In this document: positions 18,975 through 28,354 of the stretch, one piece after another
Numbering within the stretch: the stretch's first letter is position 1
Layout: every line of letters begins with the position of its first letter
Assembly: GCA_964649615.1 (NCBI GenBank)
Contig: CAZYPW010000001.1
Coordinates: 33,557 to 97,556 of the forward strand
DNA: 64,000 nt
Source of the DNA: an uncultured Gammaproteobacteria bacterium
Lineage (GTDB): Bacteria; Patescibacteriota; Microgenomatia; Daviesbacterales; UBA10151
Direction: 5' to 3'
Notes under the pieces: model-generated
Databases searched by the model: none
What the model was told of the DNA's origin: nothing
The model's input: only the letters and a program-made list of their open reading frames with translations
Made by a program: the position numbers and the translations under genes

Positions 18975-19382
18975 GGGGATGTATAGTCTCGACAGGTTAG
19001 CACTTTAAAAACTGCAAGTCGTTAAGGCAAAATTAAACGTTAAATATTTTTGCAAAACACAAACGGCAAGAATATTGCTCGTTCCCTCGCAGGTCAAGTG
19101 CAGGGCCTAATGGCTTTGCGCGGCCAAGGCAGCTTTGCTGCTTTAGCAGCCTAACAGGGTACTTTAGAATATATTCTCTTTCTGGCGGGATACTAAGGTA
19201 AGTACAAAGCCAGGATGCTGTTAATACAATTTTGATCGATCAGTATTAACAAAAGAAAGTTTGGTCATTCAGTAGTTTTCCTGCTAATTGGTTACAACTG
19301 CTGAATAAAAATTAATTAGCTAAACTTGTAGAAGTTTTTAAATTAATAGCTTGCACTCGGCTCACAGCCGACATCTCCACCA
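18975..19382 (+). ncRNA. ssrA: tmRNA (SsrA).
   Basis: 5' GGGGATG pairs with 3' CATCTCC-ACCA to give a 7-bp acceptor stem with the G3:U70 wobble. A TCGAC box follows. An internal ORF ends ...FAALAA-TAA. It lies directly downstream of smpB and is followed by a terminator. Confidence 0.8.
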
Positions 19383-19383
19383 T

Positions 19384-19410
19384 AAAAAGCCCACTGAAGT
19401 GGGCTTTTTG
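19384..19410 (+). terminator. Rho-independent terminator (AAAAAGCCCAC-TGAAG-TGGGCTTTTT).
   Basis: Perfect hairpin plus a T-tract. Confidence 0.7.
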
Positions 19411-19411
19411 C

Positions 19412-20146
19412 GTGATTAGTTGCTTTACTATAAACTATGAACTACCAATTATGAACTATCTTCTGGATATTTTATTTCCTAAAAAATGCGTGGGGTGTAA
19501 GAGAACTGGAAGCTATTTTTGCCAGAGTTGCATCAGGAATATTAAACAAGGTGATTTAGTTTGCCCAAGATGTGAGAAATTGTCAGTAGGAGGACAGACT
19601 CATCCGATTTGTAGAAGAAGATATGGTTTAGATGGGCTGTGGAGTTTAGGGATTTACCAGGATTCCTTAAGAGAGGCAATTAAAACCTTAAAGTATAAAG
19701 GAGTAAGAGAATTAGCAGAAAATTTAGTAAATATTACTTTGGAATATTGGGTAAAATATCAACCATTTATCTTAGACCAGATCAAAAAAGATAGAGGAGA
19801 AGGGTGGGTAGTAACTGCAGTTCCTTTGCATTGGTATAGGCAAAATGATAGAGGTTTTAACCAATCTTCTTTAATTTCTCAGATGTTTGCCCAAAAATTA
19901 GGATTAAATTATGCTAAGGCCTTAAAAAGGATTCGTTTTACTAAGTCCCAGGTAAAACTTAAAGGTAAACAAAGAAAAGATAATATTTCCGGTGCGTTTG
20001 CATTATCTACAAACTACCCACTACAAACTACCAACTGCTTACTTATTGATGATGTTTGGACCACAGGTTCTACTATCAAAGAGTGTTGTTATATTTTAAA
20101 AAGAAACGGAGCCAAAAAGGTCTGGGGAATAACTTTGGCTAGATAA
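19412..20146 (+). CDS. comFC: ComF-family competence protein (double zinc ribbon plus phosphoribosyltransferase domain). The true start is probably the MNYLL... ATG at 19451.
   Basis: CVGCKRTGSYFCQSC...CPRCEKL zinc ribbons, and a C-terminal LLIDDVWTTGSTI PRTase motif. Confidence 0.8.
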   Translation: MISCFTINYELPIMNYLLDILFPKKCVGCKRTGSYFCQSCIRNIKQGDLVCPRCEKLSVGGQTHPICRRRYGLDGLWSLGIYQDSLREAIKTLKYKGVRELAENLVNITLEYWVKYQPFILDQIKKDRGEGWVVTAVPLHWYRQNDRGFNQSSLISQMFAQKLGLNYAKALKRIRFTKSQVKLKGKQRKDNISGAFALSTNYPLQTTNCLLIDDVWTTGSTIKECCYILKRNGAKKVWGITLAR

Positions 20147-20180
20147 CCAATATTCATTCTGGTAAAATTAAGCTCAACGA

Positions 20181-20267
20181 GGTGGGTTGTCCGAGTGGTT
20201 TAAGGAGACGGTTCGCTAAACCGTTGGCAGAAATGTCACACAGGTTCGAATCCTGTACCCACCGCCA
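20181..20267 (+). tRNA. tRNA-Ser (anticodon GCU); class II with a long variable arm; CCA encoded.
   Basis: Manual fold: acceptor GGTGGGT/ACCCACC, anticodon loop TCGCTAA (position 33 is C rather than the usual U), T-arm ACAGG-TTCGAAT-CCTGT. Confidence 0.7.
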
Positions 20268-20268
20268 A

Positions 20269-20356
20269 GGAGGGGTCGCCTAGCGGTTTTATGGCGGAAG
20301 TCTTGAAAACTTCTAGGAGCTGACGCTCCTCGTGGGTTCGAATCCCACCCCCTCCG
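20269..20356 (+). tRNA. tRNA-Ser (anticodon UGA).
   Basis: Acceptor GGAGGGG/CCCCTCC, anticodon stem GAAGT/ACTTC with loop CTTGAAA, long variable arm, T-loop TTCGAAT. Confidence 0.75.
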
Positions 20357-20395
20357 CACTTTACATAAGCAGTTTAAAAGCTTAAACTAAAAAGT

Positions 20396-20989
20396 ATGCC
20401 AGAAGCAAAAGCTAAAGGGAAAAAACAACAGGCTAAAAATATTAAAAGGGCTGTAATTGATCCTCATGCTTTCATCCCTAAAACATCAGAGACAGGGGAA
20501 GTTAAAACCTTGCTTGAATGGGAAGCAGTCTCCCGCCCTTTTAGGAAAAAAGACAGGTCTTACTATACTACCTCTGCAGTCATAGTAATTTTACTTTGTT
20601 TAATTCTGCTTTTAGCCAGTGAATTTTTGCTGATTGCAGTAGTTTTAGCCCTCACTTTTGTAGCTTATGTACTGGCTTTTGTTCCACCGCATCCAATCAA
20701 ATATAGAATCTCAACCCAAGGCATTACTATTGGTGAGGATTTTTATTTCTGGCATTTTTTAGATGCTTTTTGGTTTAAAGAAAAAGAAAAACATAAAATC
20801 TTGATTATTCAAACCAGCATTAGATTTCCAGGGCAATTAATGCTGGTCTTAGGAGACCAAAATGAGGAAAAAGTTAAAAAAATTGTGGCTAGATTCTTGC
20901 CCTATATTGAGGTGCCTTATAAATCCTGGATGGAAAAATGGTCAGAAGGACTGCAAAAACATTTCCCCCTGGAAAACGTGCATCGGTAG
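20396..20989 (+). CDS. Hypothetical membrane protein (two TM helices, basic N-terminus).
   Basis: ORF with hydrophobic segments AVIVILLCLILLLASEFLLIAVVLALTFVAYVLAFV. Confidence 0.45.
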   Translation: MPEAKAKGKKQQAKNIKRAVIDPHAFIPKTSETGEVKTLLEWEAVSRPFRKKDRSYYTTSAVIVILLCLILLLASEFLLIAVVLALTFVAYVLAFVPPHPIKYRISTQGITIGEDFYFWHFLDAFWFKEKEKHKILIIQTSIRFPGQLMLVLGDQNEEKVKKIVARFLPYIEVPYKSWMEKWSEGLQKHFPLENVHR

Positions 20990-21055
20990 ATAGACACCTC
21001 GAAGGAGTCAAAGCCCACCTTCGAGGTGAGAAAAAAATGTTAAAATACCCATGTT

Positions 21056-21131
21056 GTCCCTGTAGTTCAATGGATAGAATGCATGGTTGCGGTCCATGTG
21101 GTTGTGGGTTCGACTCCCGCCAGGGACGCCA
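21056..21131 (+). tRNA. tRNA with anticodon GCG (Arg by the standard code); CCA encoded.
   Basis: Acceptor GTCCCTG/CAGGGAC, anticodon stem CATGG/CCATG with loop TTGCGGT, T-arm GTGGG-TTCGACT-CCCGC. A GCG anticodon for Arg is uncommon in bacteria. Confidence 0.6.
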
Positions 21132-21218
21132 GGTGGGATGCGAGAGCGGCTTATTCGGATGGTCTCGAAAACCAATCGAGGCGAAAGTCTCACGCAGGTT
21201 CGAATCCTGCTCCCACCG
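21132..21218 (+). tRNA. tRNA-Ser (anticodon CGA), class II. It starts immediately after the CCA of the preceding tRNA.
   Basis: Acceptor GGTGGGA/TCCCACC, T-arm GCAGG-TTCGAAT-CCTGC, anticodon loop CTCGAAA on an imperfect stem (A27/A43 mismatch). Confidence 0.55.
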
Positions 21219-21267
21219 CAGATTTAACTCTTGACAACCTGTAAGGATTCTGTAATAATTATTACAT

Positions 21268-21549
21268 ATGGCACAACTAATTTCTAGTGAAGATTTTACT
21301 AGCATTCAAAAAGCCCAGGCAGGTTTAACTAAAGTTTTCAAAAAAGCAGAAAAAGATAATAAATTTGTCAGGGTTATGCGTAATAATGAGCCGGTAGGAT
21401 TTTTAGTTCCTGTCAATGTTTGGGAGACTCTAATAGAGGATTTAGAGGCTATGTCCTCTGAAAATTATTTAAAAAGGATTGCCAAATCAAGAGCAGATAG
21501 AGTCCGCTATTCTTCAGCCCAAGTTAAAAAAATACTTGGAATAGACTAA
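21268..21549 (+). CDS. Phd/YefM-RelB-type antitoxin.
   Basis: ...KFVRVMRNNEPVGFLVPVNVWETLIEDLEAM... Confidence 0.55.
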   Translation: MAQLISSEDFTSIQKAQAGLTKVFKKAEKDNKFVRVMRNNEPVGFLVPVNVWETLIEDLEAMSSENYLKRIAKSRADRVRYSSAQVKKILGID

Positions 21550-21648
21550 ATGTTTGATTATCAATTTACCAAAACTTCTCTTAAAAGATTTAAAAAGTTA
21601 TCAAAAGACATACAAAATGTTAACAATAGAAAGGATATTTATAGGTGA
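21550..21648 (+). pseudogene. Truncated RelE/ParE-family toxin remnant (32 codons: MFDYQFTKTSLKRFKKLSKDIQNVNNRKDIYR).
   Basis: It begins like a RelE/ParE toxin (FTKTSLKRFKKL) directly after the antitoxin stop, then terminates early. Confidence 0.35.
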
Positions 21649-22043
21649 AACGTGAATTTTCTGCTGGAGGGATTGTATTTAATAAGGGAAAAGTGCTTTT
21701 AACCAAGCACTCACAAAACAAACACTGGAGTTTTCCCAAGGGTTTAACTGACGGGCAAACATTAGAGGAAGCTGCTTTAAGAGAAGTTAAGGAAGAAGGA
21801 GGGGTGGAGGCAGAAATAGTGGGTAAAGTAGGTTATAACAAGTATGTCTACATCTTAAATGGAGAAAAAGTATTTAAAGTAGTAACTTATTTTTTAATGA
21901 AATATCTATCCGGTGATCCCAAGGATCATGATTGGGAGGTTGAAGAATCTGGATGGTTTACTCCGGAGGATGCCTTAAAACAACTTACATTTTCCCAAGA
22001 CAAACAATTACTCAAAAAAGCTTTGGAAATATATGGCAAGTAA
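21645..22043 (+). CDS. NUDIX hydrolase.
   Basis: Nudix box GLTDGQTLEEAALREVKEEGGV. Confidence 0.85.
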   Translation: MKREFSAGGIVFNKGKVLLTKHSQNKHWSFPKGLTDGQTLEEAALREVKEEGGVEAEIVGKVGYNKYVYILNGEKVFKVVTYFLMKYLSGDPKDHDWEVEESGWFTPEDALKQLTFSQDKQLLKKALEIYGK

Positions 22044-22659
22044 TTTATTTGTCTCCAGAGGTGGAGAAAAACTTCAAAAAGCGATTGACGATTTCCGATT
22101 AACGATAAACGATAAAACGATTTTGGATGTTGGTTCCTCAACAGGCGGATTTGTAGATTGTTTGTTGCAAAATGGAGCTAAAAAAGTTTATGCAGTTGAT
22201 ACTGCATATGGAGAGCTGGCTTGGAAATTAAGAAATGATCCAAGAGTTGTGGTAATGGAGAGAACCAATATTCTTCATTTGGAAAGCCTTCCTGAAGCTA
22301 AAAACACCTCCGAGGTGGGCTCTGACTCCTCGGAGGTGAAGAAAGTGGATCTAATAACTATAGATGCTGGTTGGACCAAGTTGGAGTTGATCTTACCTAT
22401 TGTTAAAAAGTTTTTAAAACCGGATGGTTTTATCATTGCTTTATTAAAACCCCATTATGAAGCAGATAAAAAGCTTTTAGTCAAAGGAGTTTTGCCTGTA
22501 GAAAAAGCTGAAATAATAAAAAATAAAGTGGTTAAAACGATTAACGATTTACTCGCTTCGCAGCGAGGCGAGCGATTAACGATAAACGATGTAATTGACT
22601 CACCAATTTTGGGTGGAGCAGGTAACAAAGAATACCTACTGTTTATAAGCAGAGCTTGA
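22033..22659 (+). CDS. tlyA: TlyA-family RNA 2'-O-methyltransferase (FtsJ-like, without the S4 domain). It carries two short in-frame repeat insertions.
   Basis: VSRGGEKLQKAIDDF...LDVGSSTGGFVDCLLQNGAKKVYAVDTAYGELAWKLRNDPRVVVMERTN. Confidence 0.8.
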   Translation: MASNLFVSRGGEKLQKAIDDFRLTINDKTILDVGSSTGGFVDCLLQNGAKKVYAVDTAYGELAWKLRNDPRVVVMERTNILHLESLPEAKNTSEVGSDSSEVKKVDLITIDAGWTKLELILPIVKKFLKPDGFIIALLKPHYEADKKLLVKGVLPVEKAEIIKNKVVKTINDLLASQRGERLTINDVIDSPILGGAGNKEYLLFISRA

Positions 22660-22683
22660 AAACTTCATTTAAAAGCGATGCTT

Positions 22684-22935
22684 TCAAACTTGTTTATTAA
22701 ACTTTGATTTAAAAAAATGTTGGAAATCCTTCAAAATCCCATCCAGTTGTTTAGTCCTCCAAAGATAGAAGATAGATATCAACCCAAAAAAATTAACTAC
22801 AAATATGGCCACAAACCAAAGTTTATCGCCCGCTTTGGCAGCTTTCCAAAGGCCAATCAATTTCCAAAAAACCTCCCAGACAATTAGTAAAATCAGGCCA
22901 CTTCCTGCAAAGTTCTCCAAGTTCCAGTTAAACAT
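22684..22935 (-). CDS. Small two-TM membrane protein (hypothetical).
   Basis: ORF with two hydrophobic helices. Confidence 0.4.
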   Translation of the reverse strand: MFNWNLENFAGSGLILLIVWEVFWKLIGLWKAAKAGDKLWFVAIFVVNFFGLISIFYLWRTKQLDGILKDFQHFFKSKFNKQV

Positions 22936-23029
22936 AGATTTATTATACTTTAAACTTGAGCGGTCTCTTTATGAAAAAATTCATAGTGTCCTTACCCCAC
23001 CCGCCCGTGCGCTGTTTATAGGTTATTTA

Positions 23030-24796
23030 TTATTTTCCAGAGCTCGTTTGTGGAGTAGCTTGGGGAGTATTTTGTTGAGGTTTTTCAGGAATAAAAAAGC
23101 CCATCTTTCGTTTTTCCTCTCTAATAACGCCTAACTTTTTCGCAGTTGCCAACATTTCCTCAGTACTTACGGGTGCCCACTCTAAACCTTCCAATTCGGC
23201 CATAGTTTTTTCTTCGAGGGTTAAATTGACAAGATTAGCAAGGTCAGCCCCACTCATTCCTTCTGTTGCTTGACCAATTTGTGCAAAATCAATTCCTTCC
23301 GAGAACAGCTCACCAGATGCGGTAGCTGCTTTCTTCGCTTTCTCCATGTGAACTTTGAGGATAGCCTGCCTGCCTTCAGTATTAGGTAATCCCACTTGAA
23401 TTAGTTTATCAATTCTTCCAGGTCGTTTAAGTGCAGGATCAATATCTTGTGGTCTATTGGTTGCAGCGATTATAGTGACATTGGGATTTGCTCTCATGCC
23501 ATCCATATTTTGCAGAAGGGTAGCAACGACTTTTCGTGTTGTTTCGTGAGCATCTTCACGAGATGGAGCAAGGGAATCCAATTCATCAAAAAATAAAACT
23601 ACCCTACCCCCTTTTTTAACTGCATCATTGGCTAAGTCGAATACTTTTTGCATCAATCTTTCTGATTCACCATACCATTTTGTTCCAATGTCCGCAGCCG
23701 ATATTTCCAAAAATGCTGCATTGGCTTCTGCTGCCACAGCTTTCGCAATTAAAGTTTTTCCGGTTCCAGGTGGACCGTAAAACAAAATACCCTTTGGCCT
23801 TTTAACACCCCTCTTTTCAAACATTTCCGGGTGGTTGATTGCTAAAACCAGCCTTTTTGCTTCAGCAACTGCTGCATCTTGTCCGGCAATTTCATCAAAC
23901 GATGATGATTCTCGAACCACTTGGGCTTCAACTAAATGTATCGGGCTCTCTGTTTCCGTGCTTGCTACTTGCGTAAGAGCATCCTGATTAAGAATAGGTG
24001 GTCTGAATGTTATAGTTCTATCTTTTGGAGGCTCAACACCTGCTTCGTCATAAATGATTCCAGTAACTTCTTCATAAACTCTTGCATACTGCCGAAGATA
24101 GGAGATGAATTCTTGCTCTTTATCATAAGCAGCAGATGCACCTGTTTCATCACCGAGAGCTAACCTTCGAGGAGCAGCACGTAATGAAATTAGCTCTTCT
24201 GTTAAACCTCTTTCTAATTTAGGTAAGTCATACTTTTCCGCATAACCTGGTTCTGCGGGGTTTCTTTGACGATCTGCTTCCATTTGTTTTCGAATATGTG
24301 CCTCTTCTGCTTCACGACTGCCAAAACTCAAACCTAGCTCATATTGTTGCCCTTCACGAGAGAAAACCAATGAATGAATTGGTACACCTGAAATTGAGGG
24401 TTTTTGCTCCTGTCGAGTTGTGAACCCCTTCATTTCAAGCATTTTTTGAAGTGTCGTAATTCTCTCTGGCCCGTAGTATCCATAATCTGGTCTTTGACCA
24501 ACATCTGCCGCAAAGTGATACCAACTCTCAAAACTGTACTCATTTCCCTCTTGAGCACCCCAACTCCATAAGTCTGAATTGGTCGTTTCAATCAAAGTGT
24601 CCCCGATGTTATTATTATGAAGCTGCGCAAGATTTCTTGACCCTTTGCCTAGATAAACAGCCAACTTATGAATAATATCTGGTTGATAAACCTCAACTTT
24701 TATTCCTTTTGGCCTGCCTTCTGGACTTGGTGGAGTAAATTCTGGTGGTTTAACACCATCTGGCACTGCACCTGGTATCGGTTCTCCTGGATTCAT
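23030..24796 (-). CDS. AAA+ ATPase (classical AAA, CDC48/FtsH-like) with a ~300-aa N-terminal domain of unknown function. Its GC content is higher than its surroundings.
   Basis: Walker A GPPGTGKT, Walker B VLFFDELD, second region of homology TIIAATNRPQDIDPALKRPGRID. Confidence 0.8.
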   Translation of the reverse strand: MNPGEPIPGAVPDGVKPPEFTPPSPEGRPKGIKVEVYQPDIIHKLAVYLGKGSRNLAQLHNNNIGDTLIETTNSDLWSWGAQEGNEYSFESWYHFAADVGQRPDYGYYGPERITTLQKMLEMKGFTTRQEQKPSISGVPIHSLVFSREGQQYELGLSFGSREAEEAHIRKQMEADRQRNPAEPGYAEKYDLPKLERGLTEELISLRAAPRRLALGDETGASAAYDKEQEFISYLRQYARVYEEVTGIIYDEAGVEPPKDRTITFRPPILNQDALTQVASTETESPIHLVEAQVVRESSSFDEIAGQDAAVAEAKRLVLAINHPEMFEKRGVKRPKGILFYGPPGTGKTLIAKAVAAEANAAFLEISAADIGTKWYGESERLMQKVFDLANDAVKKGGRVVLFFDELDSLAPSREDAHETTRKVVATLLQNMDGMRANPNVTIIAATNRPQDIDPALKRPGRIDKLIQVGLPNTEGRQAILKVHMEKAKKAATASGELFSEGIDFAQIGQATEGMSGADLANLVNLTLEEKTMAELEGLEWAPVSTEEMLATAKKLGVIREEKRKMGFFIPEKPQQNTPQATPQTSSGK

Positions 24797-24892
24797 ACAT
24801 CTATAATCTCAAATTTTCTCACAAGATTCAATGACGTTTCTAAACCTTCAAATTTCCAGTCCCACATAAATTTATTATACATGAAATTTAAG

Positions 24893-24977
24893 CGGAGAGG
24901 GAGGGATTTGAACCCTCGATACCTTGCGGTATACGCGCTTTCCAAGCGCGCGCACTAGGCCACTATGCGACCTCTCC
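24893..24977 (-). tRNA. tRNA-Ser (anticodon GGA).
   Basis: Minus-strand fold: acceptor GGAGAGG/CCTCTCC, anticodon stem CGCGC/GCGCG with loop TTGGAAA, long variable arm, T-loop TTCAAAT. Confidence 0.7.
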
Positions 24978-25117
24978 AGTAATGTGTATTTTAACTTGTA
25001 ACTTGTAACTTGTCATCAATTATTCTCCGTTGATTTCGGGTCAGTTTTGGAATATAATTTGCCCAACAATCTCTAATGGTCTTCCTGATGGGTACGATTG
25101 GATGAATTGTTGAACAA

Positions 25118-26893
25118 ATGGATGAGAAAGAGCTAATTAAAGAAAAGTTAAATATTGTAGATTTGATCCAGGAATATCTTCCTTTAAAAAAGTCTGGTAT
25201 AAATTTTAAAGCCCCATGCCCTTTTCATAATGAGAAAACCCCCTCCTTTGTAGTTTCACCTGAAAGACAAATCTTTAAGTGTTTTGGTTGCTTAAAAGGC
25301 GGAGATATTTTTACCTTTTTGATGGAAAAAGAGGGAATGGAATTTAAAGAGGCTTTAGAAACTTTAGCCAAAAGAGCAGGAGTTCCTCTAAAACAAACAG
25401 CAGATAAAAAAGATGCTAGAGAAAAGCTTTATGAAGTTAACTTAAAAGCCCAAGAATTTTTCCACCATATTTTAACCAAGCACCCCTTAGGCAAAGAAGC
25501 CTTAGCTTATTTAAAAAGTAGAGGCCTTAAAGATTCATCCATTTTAGAATTTGGTTTAGGTTATGCTCCTAATTCTTGGGAATCTTTAGCTAAATTTTTG
25601 CTCAAGCGGGGATTTAATAATCAGGAAATTATAGCCTCAGGCCTGGGAGTCCCTTCTAAAAGAGGTTGTTATGATCGATTTAGAGGTAGAATTACCTTTC
25701 CTTTAATTGATGGCAAAGACAACCTTAGAGGTTTTTCAGGTAGGGTTTTGATAGCTTCTGAACCAAAATATATCAATACTCCCCAAACTGCCCTGTTTGA
25801 TAAAGGTAATTTTTTGTATGGATTAAATTTAGCTAAAGCTGAGGTTAGGAACAAAAAAGAAGCAATTTTAGTAGAAGGAGAAATGGATGTTATTTTATCC
25901 CATCAAGCTGGTTTTAAAAATGTAGTGGCTACCAAAGGCACAGCTTTAACTGAAGGCCAAATTGAACTTATTAAAAAATATACTGATAATTTATCTTTGT
26001 GTTTTGATATGGATTTAGCAGGGGATAGTGCTTCAAGAAGAGGCATTGAAATGGCAGATAAGCTTGGATTAAACATTAAGGTAATCCAAATTGAGGGAGG
26101 AAAAGATGCAGCAGAGGCTGTTTTAGATGATCCAAAATTGTGGCAAAAAGCAATTGAGGAGGCAGTCCCAATTTATGATTACTATATAGCCTCCATTGCT
26201 AAAAGATATGATTTAAAAAAGCCTGTAGATTTAAAACAAATAGGCATAGAGTTAATTCCTGTTTGGGCCAAAATCACTGATGATTTAGTTAGAGAACATT
26301 ATATCCAAAGGCTAGCCTCATATCTTAAAACAGATGAGGCAATTTTAAGGTCTGCTGTTAATAAAGCCAGATCAGCAGGGAAAAAAAGTTATAGTGAAGT
26401 ATTCAAAGCAGATAAAAAAGAAGATGATATAGTTTCTTCAAGGTCAAGGCGCGAGCTTTTGGAAGAATACTTAATTGTTTTATTTCTACACCCGCCAGCG
26501 GATTTAACTTTTGCCAGGTTTCCCATTGAAACTTTATTTTTAGAAGAAAGGTGGAGACAAATTTATGTTCTTCTGGTATTATACCTTGATTCAATTTCCT
26601 TTAAGGGAAAAGCTTTTTCTATCAATGAGTTTGTCCAAGGATTGCCAAAAGAAGTTTTAGAAGAGATAGACAGGCTATATTTAGTGCAGTTAGATGAAAA
26701 ACTGCTCCAGGATAAAACCTGGAATAAAGAAGTTGATGGGGTGGTTTCAGAACTGAAGAAAGCTTTAATTAAAGCCTCCTTGCAAAGGCTATCTTTAGAA
26801 ATCAGGCAAGCCCAGGAATTTGGTAAGATAGAATTGCTAGAAACTTTAAGTAAGAGATTTCGGGATTTATCAGTAAAATTAAAAAATCTATAG
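25118..26893 (+). CDS. dnaG: DNA primase DnaG.
   Basis: CHC2 zinc finger CPFHNEKTPSF...CFGC, TOPRIM EGEMDV...DMDLAGD. Confidence 0.9.
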   Translation: MDEKELIKEKLNIVDLIQEYLPLKKSGINFKAPCPFHNEKTPSFVVSPERQIFKCFGCLKGGDIFTFLMEKEGMEFKEALETLAKRAGVPLKQTADKKDAREKLYEVNLKAQEFFHHILTKHPLGKEALAYLKSRGLKDSSILEFGLGYAPNSWESLAKFLLKRGFNNQEIIASGLGVPSKRGCYDRFRGRITFPLIDGKDNLRGFSGRVLIASEPKYINTPQTALFDKGNFLYGLNLAKAEVRNKKEAILVEGEMDVILSHQAGFKNVVATKGTALTEGQIELIKKYTDNLSLCFDMDLAGDSASRRGIEMADKLGLNIKVIQIEGGKDAAEAVLDDPKLWQKAIEEAVPIYDYYIASIAKRYDLKKPVDLKQIGIELIPVWAKITDDLVREHYIQRLASYLKTDEAILRSAVNKARSAGKKSYSEVFKADKKEDDIVSSRSRRELLEEYLIVLFLHPPADLTFARFPIETLFLEERWRQIYVLLVLYLDSISFKGKAFSINEFVQGLPKEVLEEIDRLYLVQLDEKLLQDKTWNKEVDGVVSELKKALIKASLQRLSLEIRQAQEFGKIELLETLSKRFRDLSVKLKNL

Positions 26894-26896
26894 ACT

Positions 26897-27985
26897 ATGG
26901 CTAGAAAAAAAGAAGTACAATTAGATGCTAAAAAACTGATTAAGCTTGGTAAAGATCGGGGTTTTGTGACCCAAGAAGAAATTTTGCAAGTATACCCTAA
27001 ACCTGAAGAAGATATTGAGGGTTTAGATGAGTTGTATATAAAACTAATCGGTGAAGGGATTGATGTTTTTGAAACAACAGCTGAAGAGCTTGAATCAGAA
27101 ACCAAAAGCGCTACAGAATTGGAAAAAGAGTTAGAGCTTCTATCAACCCTTGAGGAAGGTTCTGTTACAGATCCTGTCAGGCAATATTTGCGGGATATTG
27201 GTAAAATTTCCCTTTTAACTGCCCAAGATGAGATAGATTTGGCCAAAAGAGCAGAAAAAGGTGAAAAAAGAGCCCGGGATAAAATCATTTCTGCTAATTT
27301 AAGGTTGGTGGTCTCCATTGCCAAAAAGTATGTAGGCAGGGGTATGAGTTTATTGGATCTAATAGAGGAAGGAAATATTGGTTTGATGAGAGCTGTTGAT
27401 AAATATGATTGGAGAAGAGGTTATAAGTTTTCAACTTATGCCACTTGGTGGATTAGGCAAGCTATTACTCGGGCTATTGCAGACCAGGCCAGAACTATCA
27501 GGATTCCAGTCCATATGGTAGAAACTATTAATAGGTTTAATAGAACTCAAAGAAAGTTAATGCAAGAGCTGGGCAGAGAACCTACCCCTGAGGAAGTAGC
27601 AAAAGCCTTAGGTATTGATGAAACCAAGGCCCGGGAAATAATTAAAGTATCACAAGAACCCACCTCTTTGGAAACTCCAGTTGGTGATGAGGAAGATTCT
27701 CATTTGGGAGATTTTATTGCAGACCAGGGTTTGCAGCCGGATGAACAAGCCACACGTGAGCTTTTAAAAATTCACTTAGATGAAGTGTTGGATTCACTTT
27801 CACCCAGAGAAAAAAGGGTGCTGCAATTAAGATTTGGGTTAGAAGATGGCAAACAGCGAACTTTAGAAGAGGTAGGCAAAGAATTTGGGGTAACCAGAGA
27901 AAGAATTAGGCAAATTGAAGCTAAAGCAATTAGGAAACTTAAACACCCAACCAGAGCCAAAAAATTAAGGGATTATTTAGAGTAA
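26897..27985 (+). CDS. rpoD: RNA polymerase sigma factor RpoD (sigma-70).
   Basis: Regions 2-4: [41 protein letters not shown]...[24 protein letters not shown]. Confidence 0.95.
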   Translation: MARKKEVQLDAKKLIKLGKDRGFVTQEEILQVYPKPEEDIEGLDELYIKLIGEGIDVFETTAEELESETKSATELEKELELLSTLEEGSVTDPVRQYLRDIGKISLLTAQDEIDLAKRAEKGEKRARDKIISANLRLVVSIAKKYVGRGMSLLDLIEEGNIGLMRAVDKYDWRRGYKFSTYATWWIRQAITRAIADQARTIRIPVHMVETINRFNRTQRKLMQELGREPTPEEVAKALGIDETKAREIIKVSQEPTSLETPVGDEEDSHLGDFIADQGLQPDEQATRELLKIHLDEVLDSLSPREKRVLQLRFGLEDGKQRTLEEVGKEFGVTRERIRQIEAKAIRKLKHPTRAKKLRDYLE

Positions 27986-28027
27986 TCTTAGACTCTCTAC
28001 TTAAAGTATCAATTTGAATCTATCTTC

Positions 28028-28354
28028 CTAATCTAAAACTACTTCTTTCTCCCCTTTTATATATTGACGAATTAGTAAACTAATCAAGGTTTGGTAAGGG
28101 ACATTGTTTCTGTATGCTTTTGCTTTTAGTCTTATTAAATCTTTCTTTTTAACCCTTAGGGTGATGCTCCGGCTTTCTTCAAGCTCAGGATAATTCTTTA
28201 CAGCTTCATCAAGCATCTTATTAATTTCTCCAGCATTTTTTGCAGGAACATATTCATCTCTCTCAAGAGCTTCTTCAATCTCCTGCTCGTACTTATCTAA
28301 TACGAGATTTTTAAATGGGTCAAATTTTTTAGTTTTGTTCATATTTGTTTTCAT
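28028..28354 (-). CDS. BrnA-type (CopG-like) antitoxin.
   Basis: ITLRVKKKDLIRLKAKAYRNNVPYQTLISLLIRQY. Confidence 0.6.
   Translation of the reverse strand: MKTNMNKTKKFDPFKNLVLDKYEQEIEEALERDEYVPAKNAGEINKMLDEAVKNYPELEESRSITLRVKKKDLIRLKAKAYRNNVPYQTLISLLIRQYIKGEKEVVLD

Noticed and set aside
20889-21305. ORF-track entries 20938-21234(+), 20889-21305(-) and 21008-21193(-).
   Set aside because: They lie entirely over two well-folded tRNA genes (21056-21218). These are artefactual open frames.
24668-24958. 96-aa plus-strand ORF.
   Set aside because: It overlaps the minus-strand tRNA-Ser(GGA) and the 5' end of the AAA ATPase gene. No coding signal.
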